Positions 27,526 through 35,792 of a DNA stretch of 64,000 bases are shown piece by piece. The first letter of the stretch is position 1, and each line of letters starts with the position of its first letter. Position numbers and translations under genes: made by a program. The notes under the pieces were generated by a model. The model was not told the origin of the DNA. It saw only the letters and a program-made list of their open reading frames with translations, and ran no database searches. The stretch comes from a bacterium (lineage in GTDB: Bacteria; Patescibacteriota; Saccharimonadia; Saccharimonadales; JAUPVS01): the NCBI GenBank assembly GCA_029780855.1, contig JAKOXV010000024.1:43275-107274 (forward strand). Direction: 5' to 3'.

Positions 27526-27936
27526 ATGGCGGAGCTGCAACAGAGCACCGAGGCACGGTTGAGCGAACTGATGTACCATCCGGATTCCCGGATACATAAT
27601 TGGGAAGACGAGGTCATGATGCTCGTGTACCGCCTGCTTGGTGAACATCAGCAGGCTACCTGGCGCGAGGCCGAACGGCACTACATGAACTGGTGGGCCA
27701 GCGCTCGGCATATCGACAAGAAGGATCTACAGCGCAGCATCGATTCTCTTCCGGGACTGTCGGTGCACATCAAAGCCGCTCTCCGTCGTGCACACATCAC
27801 CACCATCGGGATGCTTCTGTATCTGACAGATGAAGAGCTGCTGCAGGTCAAGAACATCGGTGAAGCACGCCTCAAGATCATCAATGAGGCTCTCAAGAAG
27901 ACCCGGCTGGCTCGCTACAAGCGGTCCGCACGATGA
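27526..27936 (+). CDS. small protein with RNA-polymerase alpha-CTD-like helix-hairpin-helix domain (GC-rich cassette C)
   Basis: 136 aa with GC3-rich codons. LSVHIKAALRRAHITTIGMLLYLTDEELLQVKNIGEARLKIINEALKK resembles the alpha-CTD consensus (LSVRAxNCLKxAxIxTIGDLxxxTEEELLxIxNFGxKSLxEI). Confidence 0.65.
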   Translation: MAELQQSTEARLSELMYHPDSRIHNWEDEVMMLVYRLLGEHQQATWREAERHYMNWWASARHIDKKDLQRSIDSLPGLSVHIKAALRRAHITTIGMLLYLTDEELLQVKNIGEARLKIINEALKKTRLARYKRSAR

Positions 27937-27949
27937 ATCACCTACCCAT

Positions 27950-27999
27950 GGCCGGAGGGGCAAAACTACTCGAGGCGACACTGTCGCACCCCTCCGGCC
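27950..27999 (+). other. compound GC-rich hairpin after cassette C ORF
   Basis: Outer stem GGCCGGAGGGG/CCCCTCCGGCC (11 bp) encloses an inner hairpin GCGAC-act-GTCGC. This is the same two-level design as 24019-24069 but with unrelated sequence. Confidence 0.7.
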
Positions 28000-28067
28000 C
28001 ACCCCTTAAGGTACACGTTTCAACCTCTCTATTGACTTTTATTATAGATTTCTGGATAATATGTTGC

Positions 28068-28550
28068 ACGTCAAGCAATTGAAGTACCTACTTATTCGTA
28101 ATGATCTAGCAGAGGCACGATGAGGCTATCAACGCCACGTTGGTGTAAACCAGCACAATCGTCGCGTCTCGCATTCCGTGGGAAAAGGAGTGATCCCCAT
28201 TCGGGTAGATCGCCGCTTTCAGCTCAGGCTGTCAGTCCAAGTAGCGAAGCCCTTCAAAAGGCTGCCGCCACCACGGAATGTTCTCCTGCTCGAGTAGGTT
28301 AATGGAGTTGCCCGCTCCAAGCCGACTCGCAGGAACGCGTAGACGACCCATGCTGTCGTCCGCGCTTAGGATGTCCTGGCTCGCGCCAAGTACGCTACCC
28401 GCCAGCCGAAAGGCCGAGCCAGGGCATCCACCACACACTTCAAATTACGACGCGCGAGTTCAGTGCAAGAGAAACTGGTAGTAGCACCAAGGCTTACCCC
28501 TATGGTAGCTCCCAACACTCTTCCACATCTACGAACTCGCTTTTTTCTTT
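28068..28550 (+). ncRNA. candidate ~480-nt GC-rich structured RNA of unknown class
   Basis: Promoter TTGACT (28032-28037) plus TGgATAATA (28053-28061). Helices are 28172-28181/28271-28280 (10 bp), 28369-28383/28415-28429 (15 bp with one U-G that would be A-C on the other strand) and 28342-28347/28355-28360. Closing stem 28454-28461/28533-28540 is followed by T6. No credible ORF on either strand. Confidence 0.5.
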
Positions 28551-28678
28551 ATAGAGGGTATCCTTTGGTTTATCCCCAACTTGCTATCTGTTAAGAGATA
28601 TTTTGTTGTAATGTTGTTATGCTTTATGTGAGCACATAAGTCTATTTCGTGATAAAATAAGTTCATAAAACACTAAGT

Positions 28679-28707
28679 TTGACTTTTAAAAATTAAAGTT
28701 ATATAAT
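28679..28707 (+). promoter_or_regulatory. consensus sigma70-type promoter of the sigma-like gene
   Basis: TTGACT (28679-28684), 17-nt spacer, TATAAT (28702-28707). The 5' UTR contains hairpin AGGGGTA-gggcgt-TACCCCT. Confidence 0.65.
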
Positions 28708-28782
28708 TATACTATTACAGCAGGGAGGGGTAGGGCGTTACCCCTGTTATTACAGAGTATAAGAAAAGGAATAATCATAAAG

Positions 28783-29814
28783 ATGGCAGAGCAGTCCACC
28801 AAAAAAATCGATATTGAAGCCGTTGTTCAAGACGTCCTTGGCGTTATCGAACGGGAACGAGAGCGAGAAATTGTTTCGCGCCGTTTTGGATTGTTTGACC
28901 GCAAAGAAACGTTAGAGCAAATAGGGGAGCTGCTTGGTATAACCCGTGAACGTGTTCGTCAGCTCGAAAAGGCCGTAGTCACTCGTCTCAAGTCTGCTTC
29001 AAAAGATCTGCCACACATGACTGAAATCGAAAATGCCTTTGTAGCCGAACTTGAAGGCATGGGCAATGCCGCTCGGATTAGTGATCTCAGCGCTAAACTT
29101 ACTGAAAAAAACGAACGTACCGACCAAGCCCGCGTTTCATTCTTAGCCGAACTATCCCCTAAACTGGCGGTAATTGATGAGAACGATCATTTCTACCACG
29201 CAGTTGGAATAGCAAAACTACACAACGAAAAACAGATGAAGGATCGCGTTGCTAAAATAATTGACGCCATAAAGACTATTGGAGAACCTACTGGCATTGA
29301 TGCAGTTGCCACGGCCGTTAAAGATAGCGATAAAAGTCATGTAGAAGCACTTGCTAGCACCAGCAAGGCACTCGCAAGTCTGCACGGTCGCTGGGGACTA
29401 GTGAAGTGGCCTATGGTCAACCCTAAAAATATTCGGGACAAAATTTATGTTATTTTGTTTGAAAAGGGCAAACCGATGCACTTCAACGAAATCGCTGGAG
29501 AAATCAAGAAATCAAGCTTTAAGCGCAAGGATGTGACCACCCAGGCAATCCATAACGAACTCATCAAAGATAGCCGTTTCGTACTCATCGGCCGCGGTAT
29601 TTATGCGTTGAAAGAGTGGGGATACAGCAAGGGAACCGTAGCCGATATCATCACCGATGTACTTAAGAAGGCCGGTGAACCCCTGCACCGAGACGAAATC
29701 GTCAAACGCGTCCTCAAAAGTCGCCAGGTAAAAGAAACCACCATTCTGCTTAATCTACAGGGTAAGAGCCAGTTCAAGCGCGTTGCCAAAGCTACCTACA
29801 CGCTCGCAAACTAA
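28783..29814 (+). CDS. sigma-70 region-4-like HTH protein with C-terminal HARE-HTH-like domain
   Basis: N-terminal REREIVSRRFGL...TLEQIGELLGITRERVRQLEKAV is a region-4 signature. The C-terminal PMHFNEIAGEI...FVLIGRGIYALKEWGY resembles a delta-subunit/HARE-type winged helix. Confidence 0.75.
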   Translation: MAEQSTKKIDIEAVVQDVLGVIEREREREIVSRRFGLFDRKETLEQIGELLGITRERVRQLEKAVVTRLKSASKDLPHMTEIENAFVAELEGMGNAARISDLSAKLTEKNERTDQARVSFLAELSPKLAVIDENDHFYHAVGIAKLHNEKQMKDRVAKIIDAIKTIGEPTGIDAVATAVKDSDKSHVEALASTSKALASLHGRWGLVKWPMVNPKNIRDKIYVILFEKGKPMHFNEIAGEIKKSSFKRKDVTTQAIHNELIKDSRFVLIGRGIYALKEWGYSKGTVADIITDVLKKAGEPLHRDEIVKRVLKSRQVKETTILLNLQGKSQFKRVAKATYTLAN

Positions 29815-29825
29815 AAAGCATCACC

Positions 29826-30449
29826 ATGACTACAGTGACCTCCACAGAAGTGCCAGAGCTTTCTCTGGAGAACTTTGTAAATACCTTTCCGCCTTCAGAT
29901 GTTCCAGAGCGGTTGGCTAAAACTACCGCCCAGACGTTTACGCGGCTTGTACGGCCGTATTTCATTAATCAAGAAAGAATGCAGGTCAACCATCCGTTCA
30001 CGTGTCTTGACGACATGTTTGAGCGAACTAATAGGGAGCTTGAGATTGCTGCATCGTTTCTCGGCACCCTCGTCATACCCCATTGTTTTGGAATCGTTAG
30101 AGCTGCAGATGCTTTGGAAGCAGCAGAAAATGTTGGTCACCGTGAAGATATCAAAACCCAGGTAAGACTAAACCGATACTTTGCCGATATTATTCCTCGT
30201 GGCTATGTCGTGGCCGCCGAGGTTCCGGTTATTGATCGATTGCGACCGTTTGATGACCTCACTGATGTGTGCGACGAGCTCGGAGCATTTCAGGTATACC
30301 GTGATCACCAAGAAAAAGAGCAGGGATACTACCTATATGATGTTTGGAATGAAACACAGTTCGTAACTGGCTCAATACGGGGACAAGCGTCTGAGGGGCC
30401 TGAAGAATTCCTTGTTGATATTGAACCTATGTACATGACCGCAAATTGA
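29826..30449 (+). CDS. hypothetical protein
   Basis: 207-aa ORF with native composition, starting 9 nt after the upstream stop. No family recognised. Confidence 0.6.
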   Translation: MTTVTSTEVPELSLENFVNTFPPSDVPERLAKTTAQTFTRLVRPYFINQERMQVNHPFTCLDDMFERTNRELEIAASFLGTLVIPHCFGIVRAADALEAAENVGHREDIKTQVRLNRYFADIIPRGYVVAAEVPVIDRLRPFDDLTDVCDELGAFQVYRDHQEKEQGYYLYDVWNETQFVTGSIRGQASEGPEEFLVDIEPMYMTAN

Positions 30450-31093
30450 ACATTTTGCGAACATTCGCTATAGAGACGTAGCAGTACAGAATACTGGTTG
30501 TTGTGTAGTCATCGCAAAACATAGCAACGAGAGCGGGGAGTAACAAAAATTTAAAATTCAAAAACTACAAAGTAGCATCCAAAACAAAAATAACACATAC
30601 AAAGGCATAAATAGAGCACTCACCCGAGCCTTAGACATAACGTCGCACAATGTATATTTTGCGACTTACATATATGGTTTTAGGATGATTAACTATACCT
30701 CTCCTAACAGGGGAGTTTTTAGCTTTACGCACATAAAACCGTAGTTTCACTATCGTGACTGTTATTCCGTGTGTAACTACGGATACTATAAATGGTTGCC
30801 CCTATAGTCTCCGTTGTGACATATGTCGCTTTATACAACACTCCAGACTTTTCCACATGTGCGTATTTGCAATATTTGCATTTTACTGTTTTCGATATTT
30901 TTATATATGTTTTTCCCCACCATGGCGGTTTTTGTATATATTTGACTTTCTCCCCTTTTGGTATGTTCGTATAGATTTTTGTGTTTTTCAGCAACATTAC
31001 GTAAACTGAACAAAATGCGAACTAATGGGGAGTAGAAGTAGGGGGAGTTCTCCATATCATCGACAAACCGTCTATCATTTCTCTAGGCATTAT

Positions 31094-31747
31094 TCACCAC
31101 CTTGTAGGCTCTACACTGCTTACTTCATTACGCTCGGTGCCAGCCAAAAGCCTCCCTACTACCCTACGTACCACCCGAATTTTTTCTGAAATATTACTAC
31201 CCTCAACTATTGTCCTGCTAGGATGGCCCGACCAGGCATCACGTACCGCCTCTTCTAAGATAGCTGCTTGTGCAAGTTCCTCGTAGCGATATGGATTGTT
31301 CTCTTTACCATACCTGTCGGGATCAGCAGTGGCGAGCGATTCTAAATGGATGACATGAGCATAGCGGGCATATTCATTACATAGATCAATGCCGTAACGT
31401 AGATGAAACTCATCGGCTCCTCCAGGTGTGTACGCAAGTGAGTCTGGTCGGCCGCGATCGGTCACCACAGCTAGTGCACCAATTCTCCTGGCATAGGAAG
31501 CACTCAGTTCCTCGTAATGAAGCTGTAGTTCCAGAACGGATGATTGAAAATGATAGTGCCATTCATCAGAATATTCCATATCTTTTCCTGGCTGCGGGAA
31601 ACCGCCTTCGAACAGTATGGTTGCCGCCTCCTTTGCAAAGGTGATAGCTGTTCCGTACTCTGATGCAATCGCCTGTAGTACGGTCGTCTTACCGGCACAG
31701 GGTCCGCCCGTGATAGCTATGATTGGGACTGATTCTTTACGTTCCAT
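31094..31747 (-). CDS. P-loop NTPase (AAA_28/NadR-kinase-like)
   Basis: Walker A ITGGPCAGKTT close to the N-terminus. ATG 31747 chosen; the track start at 31774 is a GTG. Confidence 0.7.
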   Translation of the reverse strand: MERKESVPIIAITGGPCAGKTTVLQAIASEYGTAITFAKEAATILFEGGFPQPGKDMEYSDEWHYHFQSSVLELQLHYEELSASYARRIGALAVVTDRGRPDSLAYTPGGADEFHLRYGIDLCNEYARYAHVIHLESLATADPDRYGKENNPYRYEELAQAAILEEAVRDAWSGHPSRTIVEGSNISEKIRVVRRVVGRLLAGTERNEVSSVEPTRW

Positions 31748-31851
31748 ACGTAAGAAAGGATACACACTACACACCTGAGCAGCTAGTACAGAGGTGTTTA
31801 GTAAAATTGTTTTGACTAAAGACTTCTAATCATTGCCGCTATACTATAGCT

Positions 31852-32523
31852 ATGCACCGAATACAGAAGTTTATCCTGACCATGCTGATCACACACCCAC
31901 AGAGCAAGTACTCAGAACTTAAACCACGGCATATGGAAGGTAGTAAGTTCACCTACCATCTACAGAAAATGATCAACCAGCAGCTCGTACAAAAGAACCA
32001 GGACGGAACATACTCTTTAACTTCCAAGGGCAAGCTCTTCGCAGACCGTTTTGAGCTTGATACGCTTACCGTGCTGGAACAGCCCCGCATTGTTTGTTTA
32101 GTAGCCTGCTATGAACCAAGCAAGGGTTGGCTGCTATTCACCAGGAACCAACAGCCCACAATTCATATGGCAGGCTTTGCAAAAGTGGATGTAGAGTTTG
32201 GTAGCATGCTCCATGACCAGGTCAGCAGAGCTTTTACAGACCTGAGCGGCCTGGAAGTTGCACTGAACTATCGTGCCCATGGTTATGTAACGCAGAAAAC
32301 CCCTGATGGCGAGTTGGAAAGCCGCGTCATGATACACCTATACTATGGCGAGAATCCTTCTGGAGAACTCCGATTACAGACAGATAGCGGAACGTTCGGG
32401 TGGTATTTGGATGATGAACTTACAAACATGCCAAACCTAATACCGAGCACCGTTCCACTTATGACAAAATTACAACAATCCCCCTCCCCCTTCTTTTTTG
32501 AAGAAACGTATCAGCTCGCCTAA
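31852..32523 (+). CDS. hypothetical protein with N-terminal winged-helix-like domain
   Basis: 223 aa. FTYHLQKMINQQLVQKNQDGTYSLTSKG looks like a wHTH. The remainder is unassigned. Confidence 0.6.
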   Translation: MHRIQKFILTMLITHPQSKYSELKPRHMEGSKFTYHLQKMINQQLVQKNQDGTYSLTSKGKLFADRFELDTLTVLEQPRIVCLVACYEPSKGWLLFTRNQQPTIHMAGFAKVDVEFGSMLHDQVSRAFTDLSGLEVALNYRAHGYVTQKTPDGELESRVMIHLYYGENPSGELRLQTDSGTFGWYLDDELTNMPNLIPSTVPLMTKLQQSPSPFFFEETYQLA

Positions 32524-33465
32524 CTATTTGTAATAGACCCGCCCCTCTATCCGTACGTCAATGTACTGAGAAGGCGTTATGTTTTGTTTCTGTAAGGTCT
32601 CATTAACCGCTAGATAGTCCCCTGCCGCAATCCGGGGATCAGTATCCACATTAAATTTTATAACGTAGGGTTTATTGCTTACCCTGACTTCCATTTCTTT
32701 TGCAGCCACCGGTAACCGGATGGATTGCACACTAATATCTTTAGATTTTAATTGAGCGATAACTTGGGTAATAAAGTCCATTTCACTAGCAGGCAAAACA
32801 CCCTGCCCTACCTTTGCCTGCAACCCGCTTTCGTCATTTACTACCAGCAAACTCATCCGGGTAGACTTGGCGAGGTCGGCAGCATTCATTATTGCTTTCC
32901 CGCGCGAATCAATTACATAATTTCTGTTACCAACCGATAAAATTATCTGTGGCTGAGCGGTATCTATGGAGATGACTGGGCGACGGCTTACGAGCGGAAG
33001 ATTGAGTGACGCATCAGCAACTTCGGGAAATTTTTCTAGAAACTGTGCATAAAATGCATCTGTATTTATGGTAAGTTTTGAGCGGTTAAAGATGGAGGAA
33101 TTAAGAATCTCTTCAGCTCCCTTTTGGTAGGCTTCTCGACTTCTCATGGGCGTAGCTTTGGCGTCTGGTGCGGATAGTAGAATCTTAGGATTCGTGTTTA
33201 ACCCCAAGCAATACAAGACACTTACCACCACTACCGTCAACGCAATCAATGACGGTAGATTTTTAAACCACTGGCGCTGCAGGATCGGAAGTTTCTCCCG
33301 CTGTGTTTTTCGTGATAACTGACCAGGATCACCTGATCGTTTTGCATAGTAAGAAAATGCCGGACTATTGCCAAGATCCCTGCCCGGCTGTCTTCTGGAA
33401 GAGTCTTTTTTACTTTTACTGCGCAAACTCACCGTCTTATTTTTCTCCTTGTTCGGCAACATCAA
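32524..33465 (-). CDS. ftsQ: FtsQ/DivIB-like cell-division protein
   Basis: Basic N-terminus, one TM helix and a POTRA-like region. Sits immediately after murG in the dcw cluster. Confidence 0.7.
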   Translation of the reverse strand: MMLPNKEKNKTVSLRSKSKKDSSRRQPGRDLGNSPAFSYYAKRSGDPGQLSRKTQREKLPILQRQWFKNLPSLIALTVVVVSVLYCLGLNTNPKILLSAPDAKATPMRSREAYQKGAEEILNSSIFNRSKLTINTDAFYAQFLEKFPEVADASLNLPLVSRRPVISIDTAQPQIILSVGNRNYVIDSRGKAIMNAADLAKSTRMSLLVVNDESGLQAKVGQGVLPASEMDFITQVIAQLKSKDISVQSIRLPVAAKEMEVRVSNKPYVIKFNVDTDPRIAAGDYLAVNETLQKQNITPSQYIDVRIEGRVYYK

Positions 33466-34594
33466 CGAGCAAATCGGCTAACTTATCCGCCGCATCAGAA
33501 ATGGTAATTTGGTGCATTTTGGTGCCCAGTTCGCTTTGCAATTCAGTATTGTCGAGTAGTTCCCGTAGCGTCTCCAACAGAGCCACTGCGCCGTTTTGAT
33601 TCAGCTGCTCTTCGGTGACCACTTTAACGGCACCGGCTTTATCCAACACCTCAGCGTTTTTTAATTGGTGGCCACCGGTCAGTAACGGGTTTGGAACCAC
33701 GATGCAAGCCTTTTGCTGCACGCCCAGTTCAGCAAGCGTATTTGCACCTGCCCGCGTTACTACTACATCTGCCGCCCCTGTATAGAGGTACAGGCCTTCA
33801 AGAAATTCTTTTACCTGTAAATTACGGTGCTGATATCCTTCATACACCCCCAGATTTCCCCGACCAACCTGGTGTATGATGTGCAGTTTTGGATACTGCT
33901 CAAAAAGCGCAGGTACGATTTCGCGCATTGCAGTATTAAGCCTTTGGGCACCCAAACTGCCTCCTGTGACGGTGATAAGTTTACTGTCTTGCGGAATAGC
34001 TAGTTCATCACGGTACTGGGCTTTTAGCTCATTTGTGACCATGTGGTATTGATCCCCCACTAAGACGCCGACGTAGGTGGTTTTTTCGCTCGGATAGGCA
34101 TAAAACTCTGCCGGCATACCGGTGGCATGACGAACTGCCCACCTACTCACCATGCGGTTAGCCAAACCCGGTAACGCATCTGAATCGTGTGTAACAAAGG
34201 GCATGCGCCGCAGTGCAGCGGCTAATCCAACTGGCATGCCGACATACCCGCCCTTTAATAGAATTACATCTGGCTTAATCTTGCCAAGCAACCGGTAGCT
34301 CTCCCAGAACCCCAGCTTGATGCGAACGATATCCGCCAGGTTCAAAAAGATGGTCTTAAAATCGAAAATCCGCCGGATAAACGATTCGCCGTGATACCGA
34401 CGAAACTTGCCTGCATGTATAAAATACTGCTCATCAAACAGTTTAGTGTCTTTGGTGAGATCAGCAAACTGAGAGTTTTTCTCTCCGATATAGACAATCT
34501 GTATGTTTGCATGTGAACGCTTAAGCGCCTGGGCGACGGCTAACAGCGGTGTAATGTGGCCGCCCGTCCCGCCCCCGGTGAGCAGTACTTTCAT
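33437..34594 (-). CDS. murG: UDP-N-acetylglucosamine--N-acetylmuramyl-(pentapeptide) pyrophosphoryl-undecaprenol GlcNAc transferase MurG
   Basis: MKVLLTGGGTGGHITPLLAV start, C-terminal GANTLAE..G motif, and dcw context. Confidence 0.93.
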   Translation of the reverse strand: MKVLLTGGGTGGHITPLLAVAQALKRSHANIQIVYIGEKNSQFADLTKDTKLFDEQYFIHAGKFRRYHGESFIRRIFDFKTIFLNLADIVRIKLGFWESYRLLGKIKPDVILLKGGYVGMPVGLAAALRRMPFVTHDSDALPGLANRMVSRWAVRHATGMPAEFYAYPSEKTTYVGVLVGDQYHMVTNELKAQYRDELAIPQDSKLITVTGGSLGAQRLNTAMREIVPALFEQYPKLHIIHQVGRGNLGVYEGYQHRNLQVKEFLEGLYLYTGAADVVVTRAGANTLAELGVQQKACIVVPNPLLTGGHQLKNAEVLDKAGAVKVVTEEQLNQNGAVALLETLRELLDNTELQSELGTKMHQITISDAADKLADLLVDVAEQGEK

Positions 34595-35792
34595 ACCTGT
34601 TTCCTTCTGATTCTAGGTTTGATGGACTAAAGCTAGTATACCGTGAAATCTGGAAGATCATACCCAATGCCCCAGTCACAAACAGCAGACTGGTACCTCC
34701 ATAACTGATGAATGGCAATGTTATCCCCTTCAGCGGCAGTAATCCCACCATAGCTCCAATGTTGATTATAGCCTGGGTACTAAGCCAGGCTAAAATCCCT
34801 ACAACCAGCAATTGACTGTAGACATCTGGCGCCCTTTCGGCAATCTTAAATAACCGGGCAAAGAAGGCAGCAAATAAGCCGATCAATACCGTTACGCCGA
34901 TGAAACCAAACTTCTCAGCTAAGATAGCAAATATTGAGTCATTCTGCGCCTCAGGCAGATAGCCGTAGGCCTGTACGCTATTTCCAACTCCGAGTCCAAA
35001 CATTCCTCCCGATCCTACTGCTATCAGCGCCTGACACACCTGATAGCCGCTGTTTTGACAATCTTTTTCAGGGTGCAAGAATGTTGCCAAACGGTCACGC
35101 CGATAACTAGACCCGGCCACCAGTAGTACCGCTCCTATAGCCACTACTCCACCTACCATCACTACTCGTTTTAGTGGAACTCCGGCTACAAATGCCATAG
35201 CAGTCATAACGGCCACGATGACGCCAATCGAACCAAGGTCACTCTGTATCTTTCCTACGATAATACCGAGTACTACCAGCACTATTAGTAGTGGTTTGAT
35301 CGTTTCCGTTGTGTTGCCAAGTCCGCCCTGGGCCTTTCTTTCGGCAAAAAACTTAGCCAGCCATACGATAAGAGCAAACTTTAGAAGTTCAACCGACTGA
35401 AATGAAAAACTACCCAACCTCACCCACCGGTGGGCAGGATACTGCGGTATAACCGGCATAATTATAGCTACTACGGTGGCGATACCTGCTACCACGAGCA
35501 GTGGTTTGCTCCAATGCCGCCAGTATTTGTAGGGAATGTTGGCCATGACAATAAACCCTACAATTCCCAACACAATTGCTATCAATTGCTTATTTACATA
35601 GTAGTTATCACTAACATTCTTTTGGGCAGCCAAGCCCGGGCTGATCGAGTATATAACAATTAATCCGACGACAAGCAGCAGTATACTCAAAATTGGCAAC
35701 CAGTAATCCGGGCGATGTCGCCTACCCGTCCCGCCCTGTTCTAATACCGAAGCGCGTCTGCCCACGCTAGCGCTTCGGCCAATCATAGCCAC
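34521..35792 (-). CDS. ftsW: FtsW/RodA/SpoVE-family peptidoglycan polymerase
   Basis: About 10 TM helices, with motifs QPSE-like LPEAQNDSIFA and GGTSLL. dcw context. Overlaps both neighbouring genes. Confidence 0.88.
   Translation of the reverse strand: MAMIGRSASVGRRASVLEQGGTGRRHRPDYWLPILSILLLVVGLIVIYSISPGLAAQKNVSDNYYVNKQLIAIVLGIVGFIVMANIPYKYWRHWSKPLLVVAGIATVVAIIMPVIPQYPAHRWVRLGSFSFQSVELLKFALIVWLAKFFAERKAQGGLGNTTETIKPLLIVLVVLGIIVGKIQSDLGSIGVIVAVMTAMAFVAGVPLKRVVMVGGVVAIGAVLLVAGSSYRRDRLATFLHPEKDCQNSGYQVCQALIAVGSGGMFGLGVGNSVQAYGYLPEAQNDSIFAILAEKFGFIGVTVLIGLFAAFFARLFKIAERAPDVYSQLLVVGILAWLSTQAIINIGAMVGLLPLKGITLPFISYGGTSLLFVTGALGMIFQISRYTSFSPSNLESEGNRYESTAHRGRDGRPHYTAVSRRPGA

Noticed and set aside
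28100-28500. GC-rich block as a fragment of 23S rRNA, RNase P RNA, tmRNA or SRP RNA.
   Set aside because: The - strand has GGTGGATGCCCTGGC (28418-28432) and CCCGAATGGGGA (28194-28205), which I recall from the 5' domain of 23S rRNA. However, the spacing is wrong and nothing between them matches (no GATGAAGGACG). No GAGGAAAGUCC/ACAGAA..GGCUUA (RNase P), no GGGG...UCCACCA tRNA-like ends (tmRNA) and no GGAAGCAGCC (SRP) are present. Promoter, terminator and G-U evidence favour the + strand.
30450-31093. AT-rich gap as a replication origin.
   Set aside because: Only one near-DnaA box (TTTTCCACA, about 30847) is present, there are no clustered boxes, and there is no dnaA/dnaN context.
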